A DNA stretch of 44,430 nt from Octopus bimaculoides (Eukaryota): NCBI RefSeq assembly GCF_001194135.2, contig NC_069002.1, positions 12,512,201 through 12,556,630 of the forward strand, read 5' to 3'. The notes below the pieces were generated by a model. It saw only the letters and a program-made list of their open reading frames with translations, ran no database searches and had not been told where the DNA came from. A program made the position numbers and the translations under genes. Below, piece after piece: positions 21,410 to 34,553 of the stretch (positions are counted from its first letter, which is position 1; the number at the start of each line of letters is the position of its first letter).

Positions 21410-23325
21410 ACCCTACCACTCACTATCACCACCACTACCATCACCACCACCACAACCATAACCACCACTATCACCACCACAACCACAATAACCATCACCA
21501 TTTACTACTACCGCAACCACCACCACTACTTCCACAACCACCACAGCCACCACCATAACCACCACTACCATCATCACTTCCACTACCACCACCACCATCA
21601 CCACCACCATCACTGCACCCACCACCATCACCACTCCCACCACCACAACCTCCATCACAACCATCACTGCAACCACCACTTCCACCACCACTACTATCAC
21701 CACCACCACTATCACTACCTACCACATCCACCACTACTACCACCGCCACCACCACGCGCCGTTACCACTTGCCAGAGCTACCACTGCTCCACACTCACCA
21801 CCACCACCACCATCCCGTCTCTCCTCTACCACGCCATCACGTCTCTGCGATATAGGTCTTGACATTTAATGTCAACACGTCTCTATCCAACCACGACCAC
21901 CACTACTGCCGTCCATCATCAACCACCGTCCATGCAGCCATCATCTCTACCACCGCTGCTTCCCTCTAGTCATGCTGGTAGTTTACCCCACCACTACCAT
22001 CAACAATAACCATCAGCCATACCACTATACCTCCATCGACTGTCATTTCCAGCCCACCCCTGAATCGACTCCAAACACCATCATAATACCATTTCTGTCA
22101 AGCTAACCACTATTTCAACCATTAACTCTACCACCAACCATCTTCTACGTCATTGCACCTTAACCATCAATCTACCATCACCAGACCATTATACCACGAG
22201 CATACCACTCATCATAACCATAAGTTGCCACCATCTCCACCACCATCACCACTACCACCTCTTGGCACAACAATTAATACCACTAGCACCACCAATACCA
22301 TCACACGTCACCATCATCCCCATTACGCCTACATTCCGCCAACTCCATACCACTAACAACCCCACACTCCGTCATTCCTATTAGCATCACAATTACACCA
22401 CTATACCACCAACAACCATTCATGTCACTAGAAGACCTCTGTCTTGTCATTCCTCATACCATTTCGATCATACCATCAACATATACCATATCCATCATTC
22501 CAAAATTCCATTATACTTTTACCACTACAACCACCACCACCACAACCACCACCACCACCACAACCACCACCACTACCACAACCACCACCACAACCACCAC
22601 CACTACCTTCACTAACTACCACTCCTATACATCCCCACCTCTGCAACCACCAATCCTCCATACCATCACACTACCGCTACACCAACACCACCACCACCAC
22701 CAACACCATCATCACAGCATCACCATACCACCAACAACCATTCATGTCACTAGAAGACCTCTATCTCGTCATTCCTCAATACCATTTCGATCATACCATC
22801 AAAATATACCATATCCATCACTCCAAAATTCCATTATACTTTTACTACCACAACCACCACCACCACAACCACCACCACCACCACAACCACCACCACTACC
22901 ACAACCACCACCACAACCNNNNNNNNNNNNNNNNNNNNNNNNNNNNNNNNNNNNNNNNNNNNNNNNNNNNNNNNNNNNNNNNNNNNNNNNNNNNNNNNNN
23001 NNNNNNNNNNNNNNNNNNNNNNNNNNNNNNNNNNNNNNNNNNNNNNNNNNNNNNNNNNNNNNNNNNNNNNNNNNNNNNNNNNNNNNNNNNNNNNNNNNNN
23101 NNNNNNNNNNNNNNNNNNNNNNNNNNNNNNCCTACAGCTAGCACCACCGTCACTACTACTACCACCACCACCACCACCACCACCACCACCATCAGCGTTC
23201 TACCACCAACCAACCAACCAGCCAACCAACCAGCCACACCACCACTCTACCACATCACCACACAACATCGCCATACCATTCCCATACCGCACGACACCTC
23301 TCAGTTCTCCAGAGATTATTAACCT
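21410..23325. repeat. Long (CAC/CAT/ACT)-rich low-complexity region containing a 322-bp-period duplication
   Basis: The unique segment starting at 22403 recurs at 22725 and runs into gap 22919-23130. Confidence 0.88.
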
Positions 23326-23939
23326 AGGCCAAACGCCATCACACCAAATTCTTGTTTGTTTCCATCATATTGGTTCATTAGAATCGACTTTGAGAAAGAA
23401 ATGCTCCTTGGCATTGTTCTTCTTATTGTTGTTGTTGTTCTCGTTGTAGCTTGAGTCGTCGTTGTTCTTGCTGTTGTTGTATCATTATTTTCATCATTAT
23501 TATCATTGTTGTTGCTATTTTGGTTTTTGCTATATTTTTATAACTATTTATTCCTCCTCCCACCACACACACACACACACACAACCTTCTCCTCTCTCCC
23601 TCACTCCCCCCTCTCTCTCTCTCTTTCTCTCTCTTCGCTCCTTTTTTCTTCTTCAGTTTTTTTTGTTTTTGTTTTATAAATAGTTTATTTGCATCTTGTT
23701 TGTTTTGTTGTTTGTTTGTTTGTTGTTGACTTTCTTTTTGTTTTTTTATTATTAATTCATTATTTTTGCTTGTTATTTTTCCCCCTTCTTTGACAATATA
23801 AGGAACATTTTCTTTGCTTTTTCTTGTCCTCATTTCCTTTCGCCTTTTGTTGTTTTTCTTGTTGTTATAGCCCTTACTTTATTACTAACATCATCACCAT
23901 CACCATCGCATCATCAACACCACCACCGTTATTGTTATT

Positions 23940-24060
23940 ATTGTTGCAATTTATTATTATCATTATCATTATTATTATCATTATTATTATCATTATTATT
24001 ATCATTATTATTATCATTATTATTATCATTATTAGTATTATTATTAATTATTATTATATT
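23940..24060. repeat. (ATT/ATC)n trinucleotide tract
   Basis: Directly visible. Confidence 0.95.
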
Positions 24061-24309
24061 TCGTACCCTAGCTTGTTGTTAACAGTAAATATTGGCCAAG
24101 ACTATCTTTAATGCCGTGTAAATTTACCCTCTTTATATTATGAATACATACCACTATTATTGTTACGACTATTAATAATATTATCTTTTCTTTCTTTATA
24201 TTTTTACTCTTTTTCTTACTTTTTTTTTCGCCATTTTTGCTTTGGTTTCTAATGATAGTTTCATTCATGGAAGCTTTCGTTACTTCCCAGGGATGGAACT
24301 CAAAAGTAA

Positions 24310-24420
24310 CAACGTTTGCACTCGGCCAAGCGTTCACTCCTCGCTCTTTGATCGCGTGATTGGCGCTTCGCTATCGGCCGGAAGTGCTGAACAAACTTGG
24401 TCTGAGAATTATTCGGTAAG
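24310..24420 (+). promoter_or_regulatory. CpG-rich candidate promoter or first exon (CCAAT, ETS, splice donor)
   Basis: 11 CpG in about 110 bp; GATTGG at 24358-24363; CCGGAAGTG at 24378-24386; CG/GTAAG donor-like site at 24416. Confidence 0.35.
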
Positions 24421-24458
24421 GAAATTAAAACTCGGCCTAGCTACACTCTTTCATTGTC

Positions 24459-24501
<43 letters not shown>

Positions 24502-24937
24502 TGATGATTAATAAAAATAAGAATAAATATGTGTAAGAATAATAAAGATAAAATAAAAATAAAAAGTAAGAAAGTAAAATAAAATAAAATAGGATGTATT
24601 TAAAATAGTAGAAGGAGAATAAAGAAAAAAAGAATGAAAGTAAACTAGTTAGTGAGAGAGGGAGAGAGAGAGGAAGAGAGACAGATAGACAGAACGTGAG
24701 TGTGCGAGAAGAGGCGAGAAAATATGAAAGAGTGAGAGAGTGCAGGAGAAACGGAGGAGAGTACGGAGAAAAGTGAAAAAGTACGAGAAAAAGCGAGCGT
24801 GTGCGATAGAGTACGATCTATACTGAGAGAAAGCAGAAGAAAACATGAGAATGAAGACAGAGGGAAAGAGAAAAAGAGAAACAGAGAGTGAGATGAAGAA
24901 GGAGACATTGATATGTATGTGTATATGTGTCTGTGTG

Positions 24938-24993
<56 letters not shown>

Positions 24994-26414
24994 NNNNNNN
25001 NNNNNNNNNNNNNNNNNNNNNNNNNNNNNNNNNNNNNNNNNNNNNNNNNNNNNNNNNNNNNNNNNNNNNNNNNNNNNNNNNNNNNNNNNNNNNNNNNNNN
25101 NNNNNNNNNNNNNNNNNNNNNNNNNNNNNNNNNNNNNNNNNNNNNNNNNNNNNNNNNNNNNNNNNNNNNNNNNNNNNNNNNNNNNNNNNNNNNNNNNNNN
25201 NNNNNNNNNNNNNNNNNNNNNNNNNNNNNNNNNNNNNNNNNNNNNNNNNNNNNNNNNNNNNNNNNNNNNNNNNNNNNNNNNNNNNNNNNNNNNNNNNNNN
25301 NNNNNNNNNNNNNNNNNNNNNNNNNNNNNNNNNNNNNNNNNNNNNNNNNNNNNNNNNNNNNNNNNNNNNNNNNNNNNNNNNNNNNNNNNNNNNNNNNNNN
25401 NNNNNNNNNNNNNNNNNNNNNNNNNNNNNNNNNNNNNNNNNNNNNNNNNNNNNNNNNNNNNNNNNNNNNNNNNNNNNNNNNNNNNNNNNNNNNNNNNNNN
25501 NNNNNNNNNNNNNNNNNNNNNNNNNNNNNNNNNNNNNNNNNNNNNNNNNNNNNNNNNNNNNNNNNNNNNNNNNNNNNNNNNNNNNNNNNNNNNNNNNNNN
25601 NNNNNNNNNNNNNNNNNNNNNNNNNNNNNNNNNNNNNNNNNNNNNNNNNNNNNNNNNNNNNNNNNNNNNNNNNNNNNNNNNNNNNNNNNNNNNNNNNNNN
25701 NNNNNNNNNNNNNNNNNNCACCCTTCCCCACCTTCACCACCACCACCACCGTCACCACAACCGCCACAACCACGCCGTTCTCCTTCTCGTTCTTTTTCTC
25801 TTCCACCGCTTGCCGTAGTTCATTATCTCTCTAGAAATATATTGATGTCTGACGTTTTTCAATACACCCATTATCTTTCTAGAAATATCGATGCGTTTTG
25901 TCGCGGTAATTCATTAAATGCCGTCCCCCACCCCACACCACCTCTGCTGCTACCCGCACCCCATTCGTCCCCTACCTTTCGTACACTTTCTCCCTCACTC
26001 TGACTCCCCCTCTCTCTCTCTCTTTCTCCACTTCTTCACACTTACATCGTCTTATTCCCTTATCTACCTACCTCATTACAACCCCCCCACTTTCTCCATA
26101 CACCCACTCTCTCTCTCTCTCTCTCTCTCCCTCTATCTCGATCATTCTATTTTGCTCTATTTAAATACCAACATGCTTGCCTCCCTCTCTCTCCCCGCTC
26201 TCCCAACACCGTTCGCCGCCGCCGCCGTCGCCGTCGCCTCCTTAAGGAACTCTTCACATCTCTAGAACTATCGATCCAATACATAATAGCATTCCTCAGC
26301 ATCTTAAGAGACCATTCCAAATTCTTCTTTTCTCCTCGCATTCTCAGGTCATTGTCACGATTTTCTTTTCACACAATCAACAAAATCACTTCAGAAAAAT
26401 TTTCGCCGAGATTG

Positions 26415-26420
26415 CAAACA

Positions 26421-26452
<32 letters not shown>

Positions 26453-26511
26453 CATATATATGTGTGTATGTGTGTATACATGCATACATACACGTATATA
26501 TATACATGTAC

Positions 26512-26554
<43 letters not shown>

Positions 26555-26915
26555 CACATGTATACTTTAATGCATAGAATACACACATACATAGATACAT
26601 ATATACAGACTACAAATTTGGGTATATATATATTCGTATATATGCATATATGTCTGCATGTGTGTATATGTATGGACGTTCGTATTAATATTCGTATATA
26701 TATATGTATATATACACATATGTATACATATTAATATCCATACATACACGCTAGAATATATGTGCGTGTGTATGTATATCTGTGTATATGCTATTATATA
26801 TATACGCATTTATACATCTATATATGCATATATATATATATATATATATACATATATATACTCAAATATACACAGACACACACATACATATATGCATGTG
26901 TTTATGCTTATAACG

Positions 26916-26956
<41 letters not shown>

Positions 26957-27725
26957 CCATGTGTAATATAAATATATATGCATATATATATACACACATA
27001 CATACATACATACATATATATGCGCATATAAATGTGTGTGTGTGTGAATGTGTATACATGTGTATATATATATATATATATATATAAACATACACATAAG
27101 AATATATATATATATATACATGTACATGCATATAAACATACGCAAAGATATGCAATGAACATACACACGAACAAGCACAAACATGCACACATAAATGCAA
27201 CCATACTTTCACACATACATACATACACACATACATAGATACATACATACATGCATACATACATACATACATGGAAACATGGCCGTTAATGGTGGTGCGT
27301 TCCATTACTAACTGAAGATTATAGTCATTTCCGACTGATGTGTGTTGTATGAAACCTAAGGTATGGGGGTGTGAACTATTGCTCAACACATATAAACATG
27401 CATACACATGCACACACACACACATACATACATACATACCAATATATACATACCAATATATACATACCAATATATATATAGATGCAGACACATACAGTAA
27501 TAGCAGCAATTCTCACAGATTATTTTCTCAAGCATATCGAGGTACTATAATCATACATTCGAATATATACACGCATGTGAATGCCTATATCTGTTTGTGT
27601 GTGCGTGTTTATATGTATTAGACAGACAGGCAGGCAGAAAGGCAGATAGATAGATAGATAGATAGATAGACAGACAGACAATCAGAGAGAGACAGATAAA
27701 TAGATATATTGATAGATAGATAGAG
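26415..27725. repeat. Long TA/CA/TATG/GATA low-complexity region
   Basis: Directly visible; explains the cluster of YIYI and CVCV ORFs. Confidence 0.92.
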
Positions 27726-27755
27726 AGAGGGGGGATGCATGCACTTATAGAATTT

Positions 27756-27856
27756 AATCCTTTCTATTATAGGCACAAGGCTCGAAGCTTTTGGGGAGGG
27801 GACTAGTCGATTACAACGACCCCAGAATTTCACTGGTACTTAATTTATCGACCCCG
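27756..27856 (-). mobile_element. SINE-A 3' half
   Basis: TCCTTTCTATTATAGGCACAAGG..AGTCGATTACAACGACCCCAG..GGTACTTAATTTATCGACCCCG. Confidence 0.88.
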
Positions 27857-28215
27857 TGAGTTGTACAAAAGTAAACAAGAGAGACAGAGACAGGTAGAAA
27901 CAAGGAAAATACCCTTTGTATTTGAATACTATGCAAATATTCTTTTAAAACACTTTTCTTTTAATTTTTCCAAAATTTTATTGTTTTCCATACTTACAGT
28001 TGAAGTAGTCTCAATGACTGAAACCGGTACTGAAATGTTTTTTATAAAATTATTTTAGCATTTTCCACCTTGACTTTTTTTACCATACATATCAACTCGT
28101 GTGTTCCTTTTCAACCTACTGCATANNNNNNNNNNNNNNNNNNNNNNNNNNNNNNNNNNNNNNNNNNNNNNNNNNNNNNNNNNNNNNNNNNNNNNNNNNN
28201 NNNNNNNATATATAT

Positions 28216-28811
28216 TAAAATATAAAGTGTATAATATACACATAGAGGAGACCCTTGGCAGGACTCCTTACATATTAGAAAGGGCAGTTAAAACCCAAAG
28301 CACGAAAAAACAGATTCATGAGGCACGCTGTTATAACACCAGAACAAACAAAAACTGAATTAGTAAATCCCGAACTCGAGTTTCTCTATTAATTGCCAAA
28401 TGAACTAATTTGGAATCTGTAGATCGTCAGCGAGATCGCTAATTAATGAATAATCATGCAGTTGCAAATACGTACGGAAAAGACTGCGCAAGAAAACTAC
28501 ATCTTTATCCATTATGGCTTCGAACTTAGTGCGCAACCGTAAACATATAGTCCAGCAGTAAATAAACAAATTTAAAACTGTGTCCTATATAGCCTCAGAA
28601 TTATAAATATTGCTATCGTAAATATGAGGGTAATAAATTGAAATAATGTATTACCAGTGGTTAGTTAGCATGCATAAATAAAACTCATAAGACATAACAT
28701 ATTTTTAAAAATATAAAGTGTATAAAATATTTTTGTACACAGAGAGGAGACCTTTGACGGGACTCCTTGCATGCTATAAAGGGCAGTTAAAATACAAAGC
28801 ACGAAAAAAAA
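28216..28811. repeat. Diverged direct repeats of about 95-105 bp, 490 bp apart
   Basis: 28216-28310 and 28706-28811 share TATAAAGTGTATAA..GAGGAGACC..GGACTCCTT..AAAGGGCAGTTAAAA..CAAAGCACGAAAAAA. Confidence 0.85.
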
Positions 28812-28930
28812 ANNNNNNNNNNNNNNNNNNNNNNNNNNNNNNNNNNNNNNNNNNNNNNNNNNNNNNNNNNNNNNNNNNNNNNNNNNNNNNNNNNNNNNNN
28901 NNNNNNNNNNNNTGTATATATATATATATC

Positions 28931-29520
28931 AACCGCCTGGCTTACTGCTCTCAACTATATTCACCCCACAGTGTAAAATTAAGAGCGGACCTTGAAGCAG
29001 TTCAGTGAAGCTTCACAAAGAAGATCATCTTATTGCAACAGCTCAGCTACTGGGAAGGGCTGAAACAGCTAAGAATCTACTCCCTGGAGCGAAAGCGGGA
29101 GAGATATGCAATCATATACATCTGGAAGATCCTGGAAGAGATTGTGCCAATTTCGGCATTGAAAGCTACACAAATGACAGAACGGGTCTCCACTGCACAG
29201 TGTCAAAGATCCCAACAATGCCGTAGCGCTTCAGGACCAGTTACTGCAACAGCCTGGGTTTCAAAGGCCCACAACTTTTTAATATTCACGCAAAAAGCCT
29301 GAGGGACCTACACAATGTGGATGTAGGTGTTTTCAAAACAAAAATGGATCTCTTCCTGTCGAGAGTCCCAGATGAACCTACCTCGCGACAGGAGGCGCAA
29401 ATGAGGGCAGCGGTATCAAACTCCCTTATTGACCAAAATGCCACATAGCAGAGGAGGCTCTCAATTATAACAGTGTAGCAAAACGGCGGTGTCCCAGCAT
29501 GGCCGCAACCGATAAAAGAA
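28931..29520 (+). mobile_element. CR1-group LINE 3' end, decayed
   Basis: NRLAYCSQLYSP..DLEAVQ*SFTKKI..LSYWEGLKQLRIYSLERKRERYAIIYIWKILEEIVP / YCNSLGFKGPQLFN / VFKTKMDLFLSRVPDEP. Confidence 0.9.
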
Positions 29521-29542
29521 AAAAAAAAGAAAGAATATATGT

Positions 29543-29950
29543 ATAGGCACAGGAGTGGCTGTGTGGTAAGTAGCTTGCTTACCAACCACATGGTTCTGGG
29601 TTCAGTCCCACTGCGTGGCACCTTGGGCAAGTGTCTTCTACTATAGTCTCGGGCCGACCAAAGTCTTGAGTGGATTTGGTAGACGGAAACTGAAAGAAGC
29701 ACGTCGTATATATGTATATATATATTTGTGTGTGTGCTTGTGTCTGTGTTTGTTTGTCCCCCCCCACATCGCTTGACAACTGATGCTGGTGTGATTACGT
29801 CCCCGTAACTTAGTGGTTCGGCAAAAGAGACCGATAGAATAAGTGCCAGGCTTACAAAGAATAAGTCATGGGGTCGATTTGCTCGACTAAAGGCGGTGCT
29901 CCAGCATGGCCGCAGTCAAATGACTGAAACAAGTAAAAGAGTAAAGAGTA
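29543..29950 (+). mobile_element. SINE-B, full length (used as the reference copy)
   Basis: A-box TGGCTGTGTGG, B-box GGTTCAGTCCC, CORE-like CCTTGGGCAAGTGTCTT, internal (TA/TG)n and tail GGCGGTGCTCCAGCATGGCCGCAG..GACTGAAACAAGTAAAAGA. Confidence 0.94.
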
Positions 29951-29960
29951 CGTATGTATA

Positions 29961-29991
<31 letters not shown>

Positions 29992-31858
29992 GAATACTCT
30001 GTACTACAATTGCAAAAATCAATTCTTAAGACAGCGTCTTCTTTTCATTATAGAATGTTTAAACGGTTTTCATGTTTTTGCTTTTTGATGCTGATCGTCA
30101 TCATCATCATCATCATCATCATAATCATCACCATTGTCATCCTCATCACTGACTTTCCTCCTTCCACTTCTATTTTCCCCTCCCACCACTGATTTAGTCT
30201 TCAGTTTCCGAAAACAAACTCTCTCTCCCACCTCTCCCCGCAAACGTCCAGCCAACTGACGTCACACAATGCTCCTCTCCCTCCCTATCTCTCTCTCTCG
30301 CTCTCTCTTTCTCTCCAATGTCAACTTCCTCTTATCTTTCCTTCCTCCGTCTTTTCTCTTTTCTTAATTCTCTCTGATTTCATTGAAGAACTGCAAGAAT
30401 ATTGCTATAGTGATAGGAATGCAAGAAAATTACTCACCGTTCACACACACACACACACACACACACACGTTCACGTACGCGCCCCCCTATCTCTCACTGC
30501 ACCAGATTACCTTGTCTATTCTTTTCTCTTTTCGCAGCTCGCTGTCGTCTGCATTTATCTTTCTCCAATCCCTCTCCTTTCCTTCCCTCACTCCTTTCTC
30601 TTTCCTTTTGTCTTTCTCTCTTTCTCTGTCTGTTTTCTCCTTCCTCTCTCTTTCTCTGTTTCAGCCGATATCATTCCCTCACTACCTCNNNNNNNNNNNN
30701 NNNNNNNNNNNNNNNNNNNNNNNNNNNNNNNNNNNNNNNNNNNNNNNNNNNNNNNNNNNNNNNNNNNNNNNNNNNNNNNNNNNNNNNNNNNNNNNNNNNN
30801 NNNNNNNNNNNNNNNNNNNNNNNNNNNNNNNNNNNNNNNNNNNNNNNNNNNNNNNNNNNNNNNNNNNNNNNNNNNNNNNNNNNNNNNNNNNNNNNNNNNN
30901 NNNNNNNNNNNNNNNNNNNNNNNNNNNNNNNNNNNNNNNNNNNNNNNNNNNNNNNNNNNNNNNNNNNNNNNNNNNNNNNNNNNNNNNNNNNNNNNNNNNN
31001 NNNNNNNNNNNNNNNNNNNNNNNNNNNNNNNNNNNNNNNNNNNNNNNNNNNNNNNNNNNNNNNNNNNNNNNNNNNNNNNNNNNNNNNNNNNNNNNNNNNN
31101 NNNNNNNNNNNNNNNNNNNNNNNNNNNNNNNNNNNNNNNNNNNNNNNNNNNNNNNNNNNNNNNNNNNNNNNNNNNNNNNNNNNNNNNNNNNNNNNNNNNN
31201 NNNNNNNNNNNNNNNNNNNNNNNNNNNNNNNNNNNNNNNNNNNNNNNNNNNNNNNNNNNNNNNNNNNNNNNNNNNNNNNNNNNNNNNNNNNNNNNNNNNN
31301 NNNNNNNNNNNNNNNNNNNNNNNNNNNNNNNNNNNNNNNNNNNNNNNNNNNNNNNNNNNNNNNNNNNNNNNNNNNNNNNNNNNNNNNNNNNNNNNNNNNN
31401 NNNNNNNNNNNNNNNNNNNNNNNNNNNNNNNNNNNNNNNNNNNNNNNNNNNNNNNNNNNNNNNNNNNNNNNNNNNNNNNNNNNNNNNNNNNNNNNNNNNN
31501 NNNNNNNNNNNNNNNNNNNNNNNNNNNNNNNNNNNNNNNNNNNNNNNNNNNNNNNNNNNNNNNNNNNNNNNNNNNNNNNNNNNNNNNNNNNNNNNNNNNN
31601 NNNNNNNNNNNNAATAAATGACTGTGGCAATGTTGATGACGACAACGACGACGATGGTAGGGATGATGATGATGGTGATGATGATGATGACGACGCCGCC
31701 GTCGACGACGAAAGCAAGGACGACGATGATGATGAGGATGAAGAAGATGATGATGATGATGATGGTGATGATGGCCATGCCGGCGATGATGGATGAATGG
31801 ATGTGGTTAATCATGACTGCCTTTTAAACGCCATTAAGTCTAGGATGTTTAAAGAAAT

Positions 31859-31898
<40 letters not shown>

Positions 31899-32248
31899 AA
31901 AAGAGAGAGTGAGAGAGAGAAGAGAATGTAAAGAAGGAAGGAAAGAAGGAAGATTGTCGGTGTTTAAGCCTGGACGTGACAACTGTGGTAAACTGCACCT
32001 ACCCATTATACCTATTTATAACTAGTTGGATTGGATGTTGCGATAATAAAGCGTTCGTCCGTTGTTGAATACATAGGACTTGAAAGCCCCCACCCCCTCA
32101 CTCCACCTTGCATTTTCTTCTGTCACTTGGTGTGTGCTGACATGAAGATTTATGAGCAGAAATATTTGCTTAAGGACTTTATAGATCTAACACGGTTGTT
32201 TGGTTGCCATCAGGACACACACACGCACACACACACGCACACACATAT

Positions 32249-32279
32249 ATGACGGGCTTCTTTCAGTTTCTGTCTACCG
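32249..32279 (-). mobile_element. SINE-B internal fragment
   Basis: Minus strand CGGTAGACAGAAACTGAAAGAAGCCCGTCAT matches about 29677-29707. Confidence 0.75.
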
Positions 32280-32684
32280 AATCACAGCCTTAAGTCTAGG
32301 TGCGAATGTTTCACACGCGGCACGCAGCTTTTCTTGCGGAATCGAAGCCTATTCCTGGCGCAGTTTTGCCTTCAGGGCGTCGAGTGAAATACGAGGAGTG
32401 CTCGAGACGCTCGTTTCTAAAATGGACCAAACAGAAAAATCCAACGGGTTCAGATCGGGGCTTCTTGACAGCCATACATCCTTGCCTATGAATAACGGAA
32501 TGTTTTTCTGAATTTAGTGTTGTGTCTGTTTGGAGCTGTGGGATGGTGCCGAGTTCTGTTGGAGGCTCCAAGGTGTGCCTTGAAAGTGCACATTCGCCCA
32601 TGGAAGCAGTTCAACTTCCATATGTCGCTAATGTATCACTAGATGTTAATTTTTTAACACCCAAGAGCACAAAAACGAGGAGAG
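32280..32684 (-). mobile_element. Tc1/mariner transposase remnant, DD37D (maT-type) catalytic region
   Basis: EVELLPWANVHFQGTPWSLQQNSAPSHSSKQTQH*IQKNIPLFIGKDVWLSRSPDLNPLDFSVWSILE..LKAKLRQE*ASIPQEKLRAACETFAPRLKAVI. There are 37 residues between the QQ(D>N) position and the final D of SPDLNPLD; two in-frame stops. Confidence 0.93.
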
Positions 32685-33635
32685 NNNNNNNNNNNNNNNN
32701 NNNNNNNNNNNNNNNNNNNNNNNNNNNNNNNNNNNNNNNNNNNNNNNNNNNNNNNNNNNNNNNNNNNNNNNNNNNNNNNNNNNNNNNNNNNNNNNNNNNN
32801 NNNNNNNNNNNNNNNNNNNNNNNNNNNNNNNNNNNNNNNNNNNNNNNNNNNNNNNNNNNNNNNNNNNNNNNNNNNNNNNNNNNNNNNNNNNNNNNNNNNN
32901 NNNNNNNNNNNNNNNNNNNNNNNNNNNNNNNNNNNNNNNNNNNNNNNNNNNNNNNNNNNNNNNNNNNNNNNNNNNNNNNNNNNNNNNNNNNNNNNNNNNN
33001 NNNNNNNNNNNNNNNNNNNNNNNNNNNNNNNNNNNNNNNNNNNNNNNNNNNNNNNNNNNNNNNNNNNNNNNNNNNNNNNNNNNNNNNNNNNNNNNNNNNN
33101 NNNNNNNNNNNNNNNNNNNNNNNNNNNNNNNNNNNNNNNNNNNNNNNNNNNNNNNNNNNNNNNNNNNNNNNNNNNNNNNNNNNNNNNNNNNNNNNNNNNN
33201 NNNNNNNNNNNNNNNNNNNNNNNNNNNNNNNNNNNNNNNNNNNNNNNNNNNNNNNNNNNNNNNNNNNNNNNNNNNNNNNNNNNNNNNNNNNNNNNNNNNN
33301 NNNNNNNNNNNNNNNNNNNNNNNNNNNNNNNNNNNNNNNNNNNNNNNNNNNNNNNNNNNNNNNNNNNNNNNNNNNNNNNNNNNNNNNNNNNNNNNNNNNN
33401 NNNNNNNNNNNNNNNNNNNNNNNNNNNNNNNNNNNNNNNNNNNNNNNNNNNNNNNNNNNNNNNNNNNNNNNNNNNNNNNNNNNNNNNNNNNNNNNNNNNN
33501 NNNNNNNNNNNNNNNNNNNNNNNNNNNNNNNNNNNNNNNNNNNNNNNNNNNNNNNNNNNNNNNNNNNNNNNNNNNNNNNNNNNNNNNNNNNNNNNNNNNN
33601 NNNNNNNNNNNNNNNNNNNNNNNNNNNNNNNNNNN

Positions 33636-33701
<66 letters not shown>

Positions 33702-33960
33702 TATCATTTGTTCACATGCATCTAATAGTTTTATATGAATAGTCAGGCTGGTGAACTGGCAAAAGTTTTAGTTCTTTGTGCTCTTTGTCCCAGTTATTTA
33801 TATTCAAATCTTGCCAAGACCAACTTTATTTCCCAACCATCCAGGAGCCGTCAAATAAAATATCATTGAAGTACTTAAATCGATGATATCTGCCAACTCC
33901 CTCCCCTCAAAAGTAAAGACCTTCATCCTGCATTAGGAGTGGTATCTATTATCTTCAGAT

Positions 33961-34156
33961 TGTTCCAGTCATAGGACTTTGGCCAAGCTGGAGCACATCC
34001 TCGAAAGATTTAAACAAATCGATACCAGTACTTTTTTTAAAGCCTGGTACTTATTCTATCGGGTTTCTTTTGCCGAACCTCTAAGTCATGGGGATGTAAA
34101 CTACCCAACACCAGTTGTCAAGCGGTGAGATAGGAAATAAACACAGACTCACAAAC
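33961..34156 (-). mobile_element. SINE-B 3' half, diverged
   Basis: AAAGCCTGGTACTTATTCTATCGG..TTTTGCCGAACC..GTTGTCAAGCG matches the reverse complement of 29760-29930. Confidence 0.85.
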
Positions 34157-34553
34157 AAACTATTTAGGCCTTTCCAAATGAACCCCAAGTATTCCAGAAA
34201 TTTCTTTGCCTTCTAATTTCTTCATATGGGGCAAAAATTCTGATGATATTTGTCAGGAGTTTCAGGAAGTAACTGTAGGTAAAACCCTGCTTCTCGACGT
34301 GACGTGTCCCTCCCTTTGCCACTTCCGGTCCTGACACCTTTCACTCCTCCACAGTATCTTTAAATCAGAGATCTGGCTTGAATGCTTGCCACAAAGTGGT
34401 GATGTTAAACCGACGGACTGATTTAATCCCCCACCCCAATATGAGGCCACGGCAGGATTTGATCCCAGAACAAAAACAACCGTAACAAATACCACAAGGT
34501 ATTCCACTCGAAGCTGCAATGATATTTACCAGTTCATTGCCCGAGACTCAAGA

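Noticed and set aside
25821-25888. 20-bp direct repeat CATTATCT(C/T)TCTAGAAATAT as a TSD
   Set aside because: Only 28 bp lie between the copies and they resemble no element; most likely a small local duplication.
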